A DNA stretch of 64,000 bases from the human T2T-CHM13v2.0 reference genome, Homo sapiens: assembly GCF_009914755.1 (NCBI RefSeq), contig NC_060936.1; one strand, given 5' to 3'. Positions 19,558 through 36,754 of this stretch are shown here, one piece after another (within the stretch, counting starts at the first letter, position 1; every line of letters starts with the position of its first letter). Position numbers and translations under genes: made by a program. The notes below the pieces were generated by a model that was not told where the DNA came from, ran no database searches, and was given only the letters and a program-made list of their open reading frames with translations.

Positions 19558-20304
19558 GATGTATTTACTTTTTCTGGTTCTAGTCACAAAGAAAGATGCA
19601 AGTGCACACTCAACAATGCTCCACAAATAAGATCTATCTAGTGCTACCTCATCCTAGGCTTCTTCAGATCCACCATCTCCCTACTTTATAATAATCCTAC
19701 TTGTGTCCACAGTTAGAGCCAGCAATAATTAGTCACTTCACTGAAGTAGTTTAACTTTCTGTTTTTGTCAGTAGCTTTTCTTCCTCAGTTTAGTCAATGG
19801 TAATTAAAATACTTCCACTGGAACCACACATATGATTAATAACTCTTACTGAAGCTGAATTAGAGCACATCATCCAACCACCACCCTTCAAAAGTTTGGA
19901 TATTAATACAAAAGAAAATGAAGCTCTAAAATTGGAATGCAATGATTAAAATCAACGGTTCCTTCTCACTTATAGCCACATCATAAAAATAAGTATTTTG
20001 CACAACTTTTACTAAAATTACCTTTTCTTAGTTCTGTAATGACAAATTGAAAAAAAAAGGAGGTTGTCAATCTGTCAAAACAAGAGTTTTTAGTCATCTG
20101 TGTAGAAAAATCCTTGTCACAACACTGTAAGAATTTTAATACACAAAAGAGATAGGGAGAAGAATATATAGTAAAATATTTTAATGACATCAGGTATAGA
20201 AAAATTTAAAGAAAACAAAAAGTAGAAACTATAAAAGAAAATTAAGGCATCAAAAACATTAAAATTAAAACTTTCTGTATGGCAGAGACCCTACTGCCTT
20301 AGTC

Positions 20305-20485
20305 TGGGACAGTGTTTCTCAGAAGCACACAGGTAGCACCTGAGGAGCTTTGAAAAGTACTGATCCTAGGTTACACCTCCCCAAATTCTGGTTTTAATTG
20401 GTTGAAGGTACAGCCAAGGTACCTAGAGTTTTAAAAGCTCCCCAAGTGAGTCCAATGTACAGCCAATGTTGAGAACCATTAGTCT
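20305..20485. mobile_element. MER5A-like DNA transposon fossil
   Basis: cagtgtttctca...ttgagaaccat inverted ends; aagctccccaagtga motif. Confidence 0.75.
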
Positions 20486-20824
20486 AGGAAAAGAAAGTTA
20501 TAATAATCTACAAGGTATTTTTATCCAGAATTATAAAGTCTTATAGGTCAATGAGAAAAATTCAAAGAACCCAATATAAAAATGAGCAATATTTGAATAG
20601 GCAATCAACTGAAGAGAAAACTCAGACCGATAAACAAACACAACAATACTCAATTTTCTAGTAGTCAGGAAAATAAAAAAATCCAAATTACAACAAGATA
20701 CCAATTCACACTAAGCAGATTGGCAAAATTAAAACATTTGTAAGTACCAAGGACTGGTAAGGGTATCAAACAACAAGAACTCTCAAAGGTGCTGGTGGGA
20801 GTATAAACTGGTACAACCCTATGA

Positions 20825-21598
<774 letters not shown>

Positions 21599-23315
21599 AA
21601 CTAACTTTAAAGAACAATTCAGCAATATCTAGAAAAGTTGAAGATGGGTATAGTCAATTTCAACTCCAGGTATATAGCCTGTAGTCCTCAAAGAGACAGG
21701 TGAGAAATGGGATGTAGATGTGGGACTTCTATATCTTTTTTAAAAGTTGAGGGTAAGGGGGCAAAGCAAATATGGCAAAATGTTACAGCGTTTTAAATCA
21801 GGGATGGAGTATGTTTTACATTGTCATACTATTTTTGGCATTTTTGTGCAGTTTGAAATACTCCATAATTTAAATGAAAGCAATCAAGCAACTTGTGTTA
21901 AACATGGTGGTGATGGAAGTGGCCCCAACCAGTAAGCCAAACCCTAAATAAGGTCGAAGTGACGGAGAGCAGACCCAGCAGAGGGCAGGGATGGGATAGG
22001 AATGGATTTCAGGGGAAAGCGAGTAGCACTCAAGAGAGCCCCAAGACTTCTCAAAGTCTCTTCATAAACAAAAATTTCCTTTGACTTCTAAGATAGTTAG
22101 CTCATCATTAACTGCCCAGGGAAAGAATAGAAATCTGGCAGATGACATGATACCCTGAGGACATCACCGATAACACTAACCTTCATGACTCGGTTAAGGC
22201 AATGGCTTCCAGGTTTCTCCACTGTCAAGTTACTGTCTTCCTCTTTTCCTGGGGAAAAAGATCATATTTAAAAATAATTTATTGAAAATAATTAAATAAA
22301 TGAACTTGCTATCCAATCAGAAGAACACTTGGATGAGTATTGCCTTACAGTGGGTTTTATCAGAAGTTGAAAGAAGATGGCACCCAGCAAGAAAAACTAT
22401 ACAAGGAATGGAGTGGGATGAAGGTAGAAAAAAAATAAGCAAACGATGTTGCCCATTTTCCTTCTGTTCATTGCTTTTCTACTCCCCCTTCCTTTCTTGG
22501 TCTTGAAAGTCTTTTTTTCTTCCTTTTGTTAACTGGCTCCTGCTAGGTCCAAGTATAAAGGAACCATGTCTCTATTTGTTAATCATTGTATTCCCAGAGC
22601 TTATAGTAGCCAGTGATAAATGGGTACTTACTGAAGAATGGAAAAGAAAGAGGAGAGAAGCGATAGAAATAGAAAGAAGAAACAGTAAGATAAAAGATGG
22701 GAGAAAGGAAGGAGCTTACTGATCATACCAGGTTATTAATATATTCCTTAACATTTATTTTATTTATGTTCCATGAACTCAATAATATTAAGCTATATTG
22801 ATTTAGGATAGTTTCTCTAAGTTTCTTTTTCTAAAATTAGATTGTTTTCTTACTTGATGTTACCCTATATTTATATTTTTTTCTATTGAGCATTGCCCTG
22901 AATAAATAGAAGGTTTACTGTCAATTTCAACCTAAAGCAATTAATTTTGAATGGTAAATTTTCTAGCTTTCTAGGAAATGAATGGAAGATACCATTTCTG
23001 GTAAGCAAAACTTTTGGCTACCCTCAAAATGTGTATTATTTTATATTAGATCACGATATTCTTCTTTGTCCCTATGTTGGCCCCTTCTCTGGTGATGAAC
23101 CAGTAGGAAAATTATCAAAATAAAAACCATAAAAACCATGTTAATATATTTACTGAATCATAAGACCTCCAGATTGAAAGAAACCTTCAGAATCTTTTTA
23201 CCCATCAGACACTTGCATCACCTCTACATCCCAATAAGTGTTTTCTCCTTAAAATGGTCAAGGGAATATATATATATATTCCTCTATATATATACTGTTC
23301 ATATTTATCAAGGAT

Positions 23316-23530
23316 ATATTCCTCTCTAAGTAGGACCTGGCCTGACCAAAATACTTCAAAGGTAATCTGACTGGTACACAATCTAGTAGGATTACCAATC
23401 CCTTTTTTTACTTATTCATTAAAAATAGAATTATTGCATATGATGTACATGGCATTTGTTTAGGCACTGGATATCCAGCAGTGAATTAAAAAGCCAATTC
23501 TTTCATACATATCAAGGAAGAGAAATGGAG

Positions 23531-23597
<67 letters not shown>

Positions 23598-24104
23598 TAT
23601 ATACATACATATGTATGTGTGTGTATATATATATATAGAGAGAGAGAGAGGAAGCCTATTCAATTCTTATGCACCTCTAAATGCGAACAAGCTCTTTCTT
23701 AGGCTGAGCAAAAGTCAACAATTTCCATCCTTTGGCACAGGTTATAAGCCCAAATATTTTTCATATGAAAGGCTTTTTAATGTTTTAAGAGAGTTGAATA
23801 TTTTAAGATAGACAAGCTTTCCTATCCCTAACTCCCTTCTCTTTTCCAAACCAAACAATTAGAGTTTCTTCAATCATTCTGCCCAGGACACACTTAAAGA
23901 CCACTTGTCAGTGTGTCAATATTCCTCTCCAGGTAGGGCCTGGCCTGACCGGAATACTTCAAAGGTGATCTGACTGGTACATAATCTAGCAGGACTACCA
24001 ATCCCTTTGTTTTACTTATTCATTAAAAACAGAATTATTGTTTATGATGTACATGGCATTTGCTTAGGCACTGGATATTCAGCAATGAATTAAAAAGCCA
24101 ATTC
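23316..24104 (+). repeat. Direct duplication of about 185 bp (23316-23500 and 23919-24104)
   Basis: About 91% identity by manual alignment. Confidence 0.95.
23532..23650. repeat. Compound (TA)n(CA)n...(TG)n(TA)n(GA)n microsatellite
   Basis: Read directly from the sequence. Confidence 0.95.
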
Positions 24105-24153
24105 CTGACCTGGTAGACCTAACAGTTTAGTGAAGGCAAACAGATAATAATTA

Positions 24154-24514
<361 letters not shown>

Positions 24515-26096
24515 TTACAGAAAAAATGCAGCAAGGAGGCTCTAGTTTGGGGAAGGAGGATGCTGAATGACTTGTGATAGCCTCTCGAGATGCATTCTTT
24601 GTCCTTCTCTGCCTTGCTCTGTCACAGGAGGTTAATCTATGGACTCTATCAGTGGAATCCCTTGCCCTCTGACTTCCAGCCCTTTAATTTGGGAATACCT
24701 TAAAAGCCTTAATTAAACATATCCTATGATCAAACAATCTTATTTTTAAGACTTTACCCTAAGAACACAATCAAAGAGGTACACACAAATAAATACTGAT
24801 AAGGATGTTCACGGCGCCATTACAATTACAAAAAAGTCATAACCAGGTTGAGCGTCCAACAATGGGTTAAATAAATGATGGTAGAACATGAGATGCAATA
24901 TCATGCAGCTATTAAAAATCTTGTTGTAAAATAATATATATTGACATGTGAAAATGTTCATGATATATTGCTAAGTGAGAAGAAGAGTAAAGAGTGGCAA
25001 TGATGAGTATCAGGTGATATAACTAGAACTCGCAGGCTTTTGTTTCTATTGCAACTATACATTTTGATGATATCAAGGATGCCTTTTAAAAGTCAGAAAA
25101 TATTCTTTGCAAATTCCTAATGATTTCTTCTGCATTCTATTTTTCTGGGATTTTTAAATTTTTTACTTTAAGTTCTGGGATACATGTGCAGTGCATTCTT
25201 GTTTACACAAGTAACTTTCTTAGCAAGATTTTCTTTTCAGAGAACAATGATAAATTCAGCTCTAATGGAATTCCCATAAAGTCCAAATTAGTCAAGTTTA
25301 TATGAATGCAGATTTATTATAATCCAGAATGAAATGATTAAGAACAGAATATCCTCTTTTCCCCACAAATGGACCACAAATATATCAAATTATCTATGAA
25401 AACATGATCTTCTTTGATCTCATACAAATTCCTATTATTTGTCATGGAGTAAGGCCTTACTCAGTATTTGCTCATGTATTATTTAATTAAAATGACTCAT
25501 GAAACAAGTGTGTCATTATGCTGGCTTGCCTATTGTCCATATTCACATACTTGAGTGTATCCTTATTCTTGCCTGGAAAAGGCATATGCTGCCTTGGGCA
25601 TCATTCCAGTTAATCTCTTCAAACGATTTATGAATGAGCATTCGTGAATGTAATTAAGTAGCAAACAGACTTTGAACAGCAGTAGGGAAACAATCTTGAA
25701 TTCTTCACTCTGAAACTACTTCAAACGTTATGTCCAAATAAAAAGAGGATCTTCACTACCTATTTCATCCCGTCTGCTCAGGGAAAGCTAAATATCTGTC
25801 CTGTTCCTATTTGGATAGGTGAAGATACTTGGTTTAAAATCCACATTCTATACATTTCCTCTCCCCATCTCATCTCACTTTCATCTTCTTGCCCAGCAGG
25901 AGAGAGTTAACTCAGCCAGAAATGTGGGTAAATACTGGAAACTTACTCAGATGCAGAAGGGACTGTGGCTCAAGATGTTATAATGTCCAGAAAGCAGGGA
26001 ATGTGTTGGCTTGAGTTAATGCCAGCTTCCTTGTTTACTGGTGAAGTGTGCTTAAAAGATAAGTCTTTGGAGTGTAAGTGTGTGCAACCTGAGAAT

Positions 26097-26786
26097 GAAA
26101 GAGAGAGAGCAGAGAGGGAGGAGATGGAGAGGAGAGGGAGGAGAGAGGGAAAGAGGGAGAGAGGGAGGAGAGAGGGAAAGAGGGAGAGAGGGAGGAGAGA
26201 GGGAAAGAGGGAGAGAGGGAGGAGACAGAGGGGGAGAGAGGGAGGAGAGAGAGGGGGAGGGTGGAGAGAGGGAGGAGAGAGAGAAAGAGGGAGAGAAGGG
26301 TGAGGGAGGGAGAGAGGGATGAGGGAGGGAGAGAGGGAGGAGAGAGGGAAAGAGGGATAGATGCAGGAGAGAGAGAGGGAGAGAGGGAGGAGAGAGACAA
26401 GGAGAGAGGGAAAGAGGAAGAAACGGAGAGGGAGAGAGGGAGGAGGGAGAGAGGGAGAGAGGGAGGAGAGAGGGAGGAGAGAGGGTGGAGAGAGGGAGGA
26501 GAGAGAGAAAGAGGGAGAGAGGGATGAGAGCAGGAGAGAGAAACGAGAGAGGGAAAGATGGAGAGAGGGAGGAGAGGGAGAGAGGGCGGAGAGGGAGAGA
26601 GGGTGGAGAGGGAGGAGAGAAGGTGGAGAGAGGGAGGAGAGAGAGAGGGATGAGAGAGGGAGGGAAGAGAGATGGAGAGAGGGAGGGAGGAGAGAGGGAG
26701 GGAGGAGAAAGGGAGAGATGTGAGAGGGAGGAGAGAGGGAGAGAGGGAGAGAGAGATGAGGGAGGAGAGAGGGAGAGAGGGAGAGG
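26097..26786. repeat. GA-rich polypurine low-complexity tract of about 690 bp
   Basis: Almost only G/A on the + strand; includes three tandem copies of a 27-bp unit. Confidence 0.97.
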
Positions 26787-27168
<382 letters not shown>

Positions 27169-27193
27169 TTAATATTAATTGTGTATATAGCCC

Positions 27194-27688
27194 TGTTAGC
27201 GGTGGAGAATCCATATCCATCTGGGTCTGCAGCAACCTCAATTCTTGCCTCCTCAGAAGAAACAATTTGACTGAGGGGCAGAAGGAGAGACCAAGACAAG
27301 TTTTAGAGCAGGTGTGAAAGTTTATTCAAAAGCTTTAGAGCAGGAAGGAAAGGAAGGAAAGTACACTTGAAAGAGGGCCAAGCGGGCGATTTGAAAGACC
27401 AGCACGGTTTGAACTTTTGACTTGGGGTTTTATACCTTGGCAGGCTTCCGAGGTCTTGCGTTGCTTCTCCTGCTCATCCAACGCTGAGATCTGATCCGGA
27501 AGCTGCTGATCACCAGTTTCAGCTGTTTTCTATCTGGTAAGAGACTGTCTTTCCCTAGTGCCAGCTGTGACCAATTATTACTGTAGAGAAACAGTTAACA
27601 ACCGCCTGACCTCACAGGATGGCCTCCCGACACACCTGGTGTGTGAGTAGTGGGGGAGCCCTCTCCTTCCCTGCTCACACCTGACTAT
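27194..27688 (-). mobile_element. ERV1 solo LTR (MER50-like)
   Basis: Reverse complement begins tagtcaggtgtgagcagggaaggagagggctcccc; minus-strand AATAAA near 27321; ends ...taaca. Confidence 0.7.
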
Positions 27689-27707
27689 AGCACAAGATAT
27701 TGTTTAG

Positions 27708-28122
<415 letters not shown>

Positions 28123-28538
28123 TGAATATATTCTTGAATGAACATTTACATGTTTAAATTAGTGTGTATGCAAGTGACTTCAGGGTCATGGTGACCATAT
28201 TCTGTAAATCCATCGTATGGAACATAATTGTGAACGAATAGTTATGGGCATAAGCATTCATAAATGTTAAAGACCTAACGCTAACTGAGTTAAAAAATAA
28301 TCTCTCTATTATCAAGGGCACACTTTCTAATGGCAAAATTTTTTAAAATGAAAAACCCGGGAAATTATAAAGAAAATTTAACCATCCCAAATCCCATAAC
28401 CTAAACATAACAACTAATAACATTTTGGTGTTTATTTTTAGTCTGTTTTTCTAGACACATATATTCAAATGTCCATATTTTGACATTATTAATATTTATT
28501 TACATATTTTGATGTCTTATATTTTCCCATGTCATTAG

Positions 28539-28892
<354 letters not shown>

Positions 28893-28991
28893 TGAAAATA
28901 TTGTTGCCAATTGAAGTATTATTTAGCCACTTCACTAGTATTGACCATGAACGTCTTTATACATGTCCACAGTTTTAAAATAGAAGAAACT

Positions 28992-29286
28992 GGCCAGATG
29001 CGGTGACTTGTGCCTGCAATCCCAGCACTTTGGGACTCTGAGGCAAGCAGATCACGTGAGCCTAGTAGTCCGGGACCAACCTGGCCAACATGGCAAAACT
29101 CCGTCTCTACAAAAAATACAAAAATTAGCTGGGTGTGGTGGCTGTGCCTGTAGTTTCAGTTACTTGGAACGCTGAGGTAGAAGGATCACCTGAGCCTGGG
29201 AGTTTGAGGCTGGAGTGAGCCGTGATAGTGCACTGCAATCCAGCCTGGGTGACAGAGTGAGGCTCTGTCTCAAAATAAAATAAAAT
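28992..29286 (+). mobile_element. AluJ-type whose tail hosts the U2 fragment
   Basis: Full dimer. Confidence 0.9.
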
Positions 29287-29321
29287 ATTGCTTCTTGGCT
29301 TTTTGGCTAAGATCAAGTGTA
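29287..29321 (+). pseudogene. 3'-truncated U2 snRNA retrocopy (U2 nt 1-35)
   Basis: ATTGCTTCTTGGCTTTTTGGCTAAGATCAAGTGTA vs U2 ATCGCTTCTCGGCCTTTTGGCTAAGATCAAGTGTA (3 C>T changes); flanked by direct repeat AAAATAAAATAAAAT in an Alu tail. Confidence 0.92.
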
Positions 29322-29849
29322 AAATAAAATAAAATACTAGAAGAAATGAAGATATAGGGAGGCTAAATACCTTGTACAAGATGGTAAAGCGTGAACTCGT
29401 TTGTTTGGAAGCTATTTTTCAATATATAGAATAACAGATGCTAAAGATAAAAGAAGTCACCAAGTTCAACCTTTGTATTTTTTTCAGTTGAGGAAACTGA
29501 GACCCAATGAGGTAAAGGTGACCTGTTCAAGGACTCAAAGAGTCTAATGACTGAATGAATACTAGAGCCCCAGTCCCTTGGGTGCTATTTTACATATTTT
29601 TCTTCAAAGTGTAAATCACTACCTAATATTATTTTTGTTATTCATTGACTTATGTATCAACACTCCCTTGCACAGACCCTCAGCTCCTTAGTCTCTAGCG
29701 CCAGAGTTGTCTATACTTACCTTCTTCACTTCTCCCTATGTTTCCACCTAAATCCATGTCAATCAAGCTTTCAATCCTACTACCTCACTGGGTGCTCTTG
29801 TAAAGATCATCAGTGACCCCCACATGGCCTACTCTAGTGGACAGAATGA

Positions 29850-30123
<274 letters not shown>

Positions 30124-30315
30124 TGGTTAACAGCAGCCTTTGATGCAATGGATCACTTTCTCTTCTTACAGTACTGTCTTCACTTGGTTTCTAGTACACT
30201 ACTCTCTCGGTTTCTTCCTAACTGTTGGGTCCACTTACTACACCTCTAAACATGGAAGTATTTCCAGGTTCAATCCTTGACTATCTTTTTAAATTAGTAA
30301 TCATCAGCCCCATCA

Positions 30316-30539
<224 letters not shown>

Positions 30540-31224
30540 TTAAAGGGGCTTGCCATCTACAGTTACACAGGTGGTAGATGGGGGGCAAATTCTAGGTGCA
30601 CTTTGTTGCCTAGTCATGCACCCTGACAGGGGGCTACATCAACCCCAAAGAAGGGGTGCCTTTTCCTAATTCCTCCACTCAGAGGGGGCCTCTTATTTGT
30701 ACAGAGGCACCTTATATGCTAGCAGCAGTTCTGTTCTGTACTATCAAGTGAAATTCATACAGAATACAACCTACGTACACATGTAATTTTAAAATAAATA
30801 TAATGCCTAAACTGTAGCATCAAGCAGAGATAAATGTAAAATAATTGATCATAAAAATATGCAAACGCTCAAGTACTTTTACACTAGAAAATCTCACAAA
30901 GTAGTCAACTGTTTGAACCTGTAAACAGAGCCATGGATGTTATCTTGGTGATTCAAGTGCAGCTTGCAGCATTGTCAATACTTTTCTGAAATAGTGAAAA
31001 CTGTTAGTAAAACTCTAAACAAAAGCAAGCATAGTCTTCTCTGAATTTACATGATAATTGTATTTTTGAAAAATGCAGTGTTAAGAGCAAAAAAAATTAT
31101 GTTAAAAAGTATAAGATAATTATAAACAGGTTTTTCACCTGAAATCCCTGGAATATAAGAAGTATAAGTATTAGCTGTTGTTACCTTGTTTAACCCTGTT
31201 AATAATATTTAACCCATTTTAAAA

Positions 31225-31581
<357 letters not shown>

Positions 31582-31589
31582 TAGACCCT

Positions 31590-32490
31590 CTGGCAATAGA
31601 GATCAATGGTTGCCTACCCCAAACAGCCTACTGGTGTTAGAACCCCTGATTCTCAGCAGGGCATAGGGCCACTGGGACTGTAAGAATCCTTTTCCATCCT
31701 CCCTTGCAGCCAGTGTGGCCGTGTGACCAGGTTCTGGTCAACATGCTATGAGGAAAAGAATTGTGCAGCCACTTCCAGAAAATTTCCTTTAAAGATAGCT
31801 GGTGCTTGCCCTTTTTTCCCTCCTTCCTCCATTTAACCCTTCGACTACGTATGTGGTAGTTAGAGCTCCATCTGGGATGATGAAGATGAGGGTCATAGCC
31901 TAAGAGGGCAGATCAAAAGCTAGGGGCAGTCAGGGTCTCTGAAGATTTCAAGCAGCAAAGCGTCACCCCAGTATTGAACTATTCACCTTTACAAAAGAGG
32001 TCAATAAACTTTCTTTTTGTTAGGCACTTCTTGTGTTACTACAGAGATATATCTGAGGCTGGGTAATTTATAAGAAAAGATGTTTAATTGGCTCACAGTT
32101 CTGCAGGCTGTACAAAAAGCATAGCGCCGGCATCAGCTTCTGGGGAGGACTCAGGAAGCTTCCAACCATGGCAAAAGGCAAAGAGGGAATGGCGGCGTCT
32201 CACATGGCAGGAAGGGGAGCAAGAGAGAGAGGACCTGGAGGTGCCACACACTTTTAAACAACCAGATCTCGCAGGAACTCACTCAATATCATGAGGACAG
32301 CATCAAGCCATAAAGGATCTGCCCTCGTGACCCAAACACCTCTCACTAAGCCCCATCTCCAACTTTGGGGATTACATTTCAGCATAAGATTTAGGGGGAC
32401 ATATATCCAAACTGTATGATTCAACTGGTTTAAATCATCCTTAATTTGGGTCTTTGTTAATCATAGCTGAGCATAATCCCAACCTAATTA
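31590..32490. mobile_element. Old ERVL LTR (LTR33-like) interrupted by an MST-type MaLR LTR (about 32018-32419)
   Basis: cctcccttgcagc...gtggccgtgtgacc motif; MST motifs gggtaatttataag, ttggctcacagttctgcaggctgtac, ggggattacatttc. Confidence 0.7.
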
Positions 32491-32868
32491 CCCTCTATAA
32501 ATTATAGTTCCTTTCCTCAATCCTAACTAAGTCTCCTTCCATAAATAACAGCTCCCTCTCTCATCCTTAATCTTTTTGCTTTAATTTGCCTTAAAATCTA
32601 CCAGTCTATCCTGTTTACTTTACTTCAGTAAGACTTTAATATACTGATAAATAATAGGTTCTTTCCTAAGAGTTAATCACCATATTTATGAACTTCTCTT
32701 AAAATATTGACTATATGATTTTTTATAAGAGATTTTTTTTTACCTTCAGTCACACACTTCTCAAATGATTTTTCTAGCATTGTGTATTTTATTAGATCAA
32801 TTTGTGATATAATTCCTTTGCTCTTATTTCGGCCACCCATGAAATAGAAGAGATAGAATAGAAATGGA

Positions 32869-33251
<383 letters not shown>

Positions 33252-33459
33252 TCACATAATAAAGCTTGACTAAATTTTTTTTTTATTTACTTGGAATACT
33301 GGTATACTGAAACAATTGGAGGGTGTCCAGAAAAAATTAAAATTCTTTCCCTCTATATTTTTTCTTTTGTATTAGTTTTTATTATAAACATCAGTTTAAA
33401 GGGGATTTATAGTTTGCTTCTGTCTATCCTTCATTTCTGAATAATCCTGTCTAAAAGTA

Positions 33460-34560
33460 TGAGGTGGGGCTGAGCAAAGTGGGAATGGGGAGGTCAGCGC
33501 GCTCTGGAGTGGTGGCCCAGTTCATGCTGTTAGAGTCAGGCAAGGCTGTCTTGCTGGGTTGGGTGGGAGGGGGGATGGTAGTGGTGATGGAAGTTTGGTT
33601 ACATGGAGGGGATTGATCAGATAAGTAAACAAATTGAGGATGAAGGGAGACAGTTTTCTAACTGTTGGGGAAGGGACTACAAATATGGAAACTGAAAAAA
33701 CTAAAATAAGCCATGTGGTGTTGAACTGGAATTTTCAATAGCGATATTGAAACAAGTATGGATATGGTCATATATGCATGCATGTATGTATGTATACACA
33801 TGCATACGTTCTCTAGTTTTGTCCAGTGAGAGGGACTGGAAGCACCAACACCCCCCTACCAAGGAGCGTGCCTATTGTCTAGACCAATCTTTAGTTTCCT
33901 AAATGCCATTCTCCACTAAAACGAAGCAGTGTTTTTTGGAGAATTGACTGATTCCAGGTTTGGGACAGGGAACATCTTATTGGGACAGAAAATAAGGAAA
34001 TGCTCAAAGAATGAGGATGACATGTCAAAAGAACACAGAAGACAGCTTAATGGGGGATCCCCCTGTCCAAATATGTGACAATTAAGGCAGAGAAATAACA
34101 ATAGTAACAGATTATAAATTCATGTAATAAAATAGAAATTCATGAGTCCTTAAAATAAAGAGCATCAAAATAAGTAATCATGACATGATTAACCCACTAA
34201 ATAAAATAGAATCTATGAGTCCATACTGATATAAATAAGTGGGAAAAGGAGAAAGCTTTTCTTACAGTGGAATGCCAACTGATGCATGGAGAAGAAATGA
34301 TGGAGTCAGAAAATCACCATTTGGCAGCCAGCATAAGTAACTGATTTAGCTCAGAAATACAGTGGATGCTAATATGCAGTAGGTGAAAGTTTGAGGAGGA
34401 ATGAGATAACTACATAGCCTCAAAGTACCTTCACAAAATACTTCTTAATAATACAATTTTAAAAGGTAACTTTGCAATGAAGAAACCTGGCAGATAGTTC
34501 CCTAATCAAGAAGTTAAGGCTAATAGCACAAGTAATGGAGCCAATAGAATATATAGGCTA
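33460..34560 (+). mobile_element. Ancient L1MC-like 3' region
   Basis: Motifs cttagtttcctaaatgccattctccactaaaa and agaaaatcaccatttggca. Confidence 0.6.
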
Positions 34561-34565
34561 TCTAG

Positions 34566-34763
34566 GGCCGGGCGCGGTGGCTCATGCCTGTAATCCCAGC
34601 ACTTTGGGAAGCCGAGGCGGGTGGATCACAAGGTCAGGAGATCGAGCCCATCCTGGCGAACACGGTGAAACCCCGTCTCTACTAAAAATACAAAAAAAGT
34701 TAGCCGGGCGCAGTGGCGGGCGCCTGTAGTCCCAGCTACTCGGGAGGCTGAGGCAGGAGAATG
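34566..34763 (+). mobile_element. Young CpG-rich Alu (Y-like), 3'-truncated
   Basis: ggccgggcgcggtgg...gagatcgag...ggcgggcgcctgtagtc; ends at aggagaatg. Confidence 0.9.
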
Positions 34764-36084
34764 CTCTACTGTTCAGTATATTCCATTCTTTTGAGTAAGA
34801 AGGGTGGACACCCTGATTCCACCCCCCTTTTTTTTGGCATATATATATATATGTTTGAATTGGTGCAAATTTTTAAAGTCCAAGTCTCTCAAGTCAGTTA
34901 TTCATTAATTTATTCATTCCAGAAATTTGCCATTATGTGCCAGGGAACTAATTATGTGCTAGTAAATGACTAGTAATAGCAACAAAGGGTTAATGAATAA
35001 AATACCTTTTTCTCTAAAAGAGAGTGTAGTTAGTGCTAAAACAGGTGGGGTAGAGCCCATGTGACAGAACAATTAGTTACCTAGGGAAGTCAGAGAAAGC
35101 TTCAGATATGAAGTGCCCATTTGAGTGGGGCCATGGAGATTAGATGAGGAGGCATTTTTCAGGCAAAGCAAATGGGGAGGGATTTCTAGGTGGTAAGAAC
35201 GTCCTGTGTAAGTACGTGGAGTTGTGAGAAAAAGCATGGCCGGCGGTGCAAGGGCCAGCTTTGCGGTTCATGGGACAGAAGGGAAAGAGATGAAGGAGTT
35301 TGTTTTAGGCTGCTAGTCATGGGTAACCAACAAAGGTTACCCATATCCAACTAAAATGTCCAGGTCTTCGGTTTGTTTTGAAGGAAAGGAGGTCAGATAC
35401 CTCTGGCAACAGGGTAATAGATGAGGAAGTAGAATAAGCTTTATTTTTTAAAATTGGATTCAATGGAGACATTTGAGGGGTGAAGGAGGTGGGGGGAGAC
35501 TGTATGGCACAGGATACTATGGGGAAAATTCCATGAGGTTTTGTTTTGTTTCCTTTAGTGTTTTGAGAACAGTGAAGTCCTATTTGTACTGATTAACTTT
35601 GAAGTGCTTATGTGGCAAACAGAACTCTTATTCCAAATTCACCACTGCCACCCGCTGGAACCATGGCAAAAAACAGAAAAGTGTTTAAAGTCAGTATTGA
35701 ACACTGATCATCTACTTGAGTGGTTTCCAGCCATTTCATCCACAGACTTCTTTTATTATCTACTCGCCCCCACAGATTGAATCTATGATTTACAAAACTC
35801 AAAGACATTACTTATTTAAAATTTGTTTCCCATTTTAATAATCAGATACATAAATAAATGCCAGTCAGAGCTTCTGACCCATGATGATCCACCAGTATTC
35901 GTATTTTAAGGTGACTTCATTCCAAGCAAAAGCAAAGACACATGAGGTCTTAGTCTATAGTGTCTTTATTAAAATAAATGTACAATTTGTTGGTTATTTT
36001 TCTTTGTTTTTGAAAATAGTTTGCAAAGCCACAACACTACCTGCAAACTGATCCAGGTTCAGGGGCCTGTGGGGCCATTGATCT

Positions 36085-36645
<561 letters not shown>

Positions 36646-36754
36646 AGCCCAATCCCTACAGTGTATAAAGGAAGAAAATAAGATCCAAGACAATTAAATG
36701 ACTTTTTCTTTTATTTTAGTAGGCAATACATTCAAAAGTTCCAAAAATAGAACA

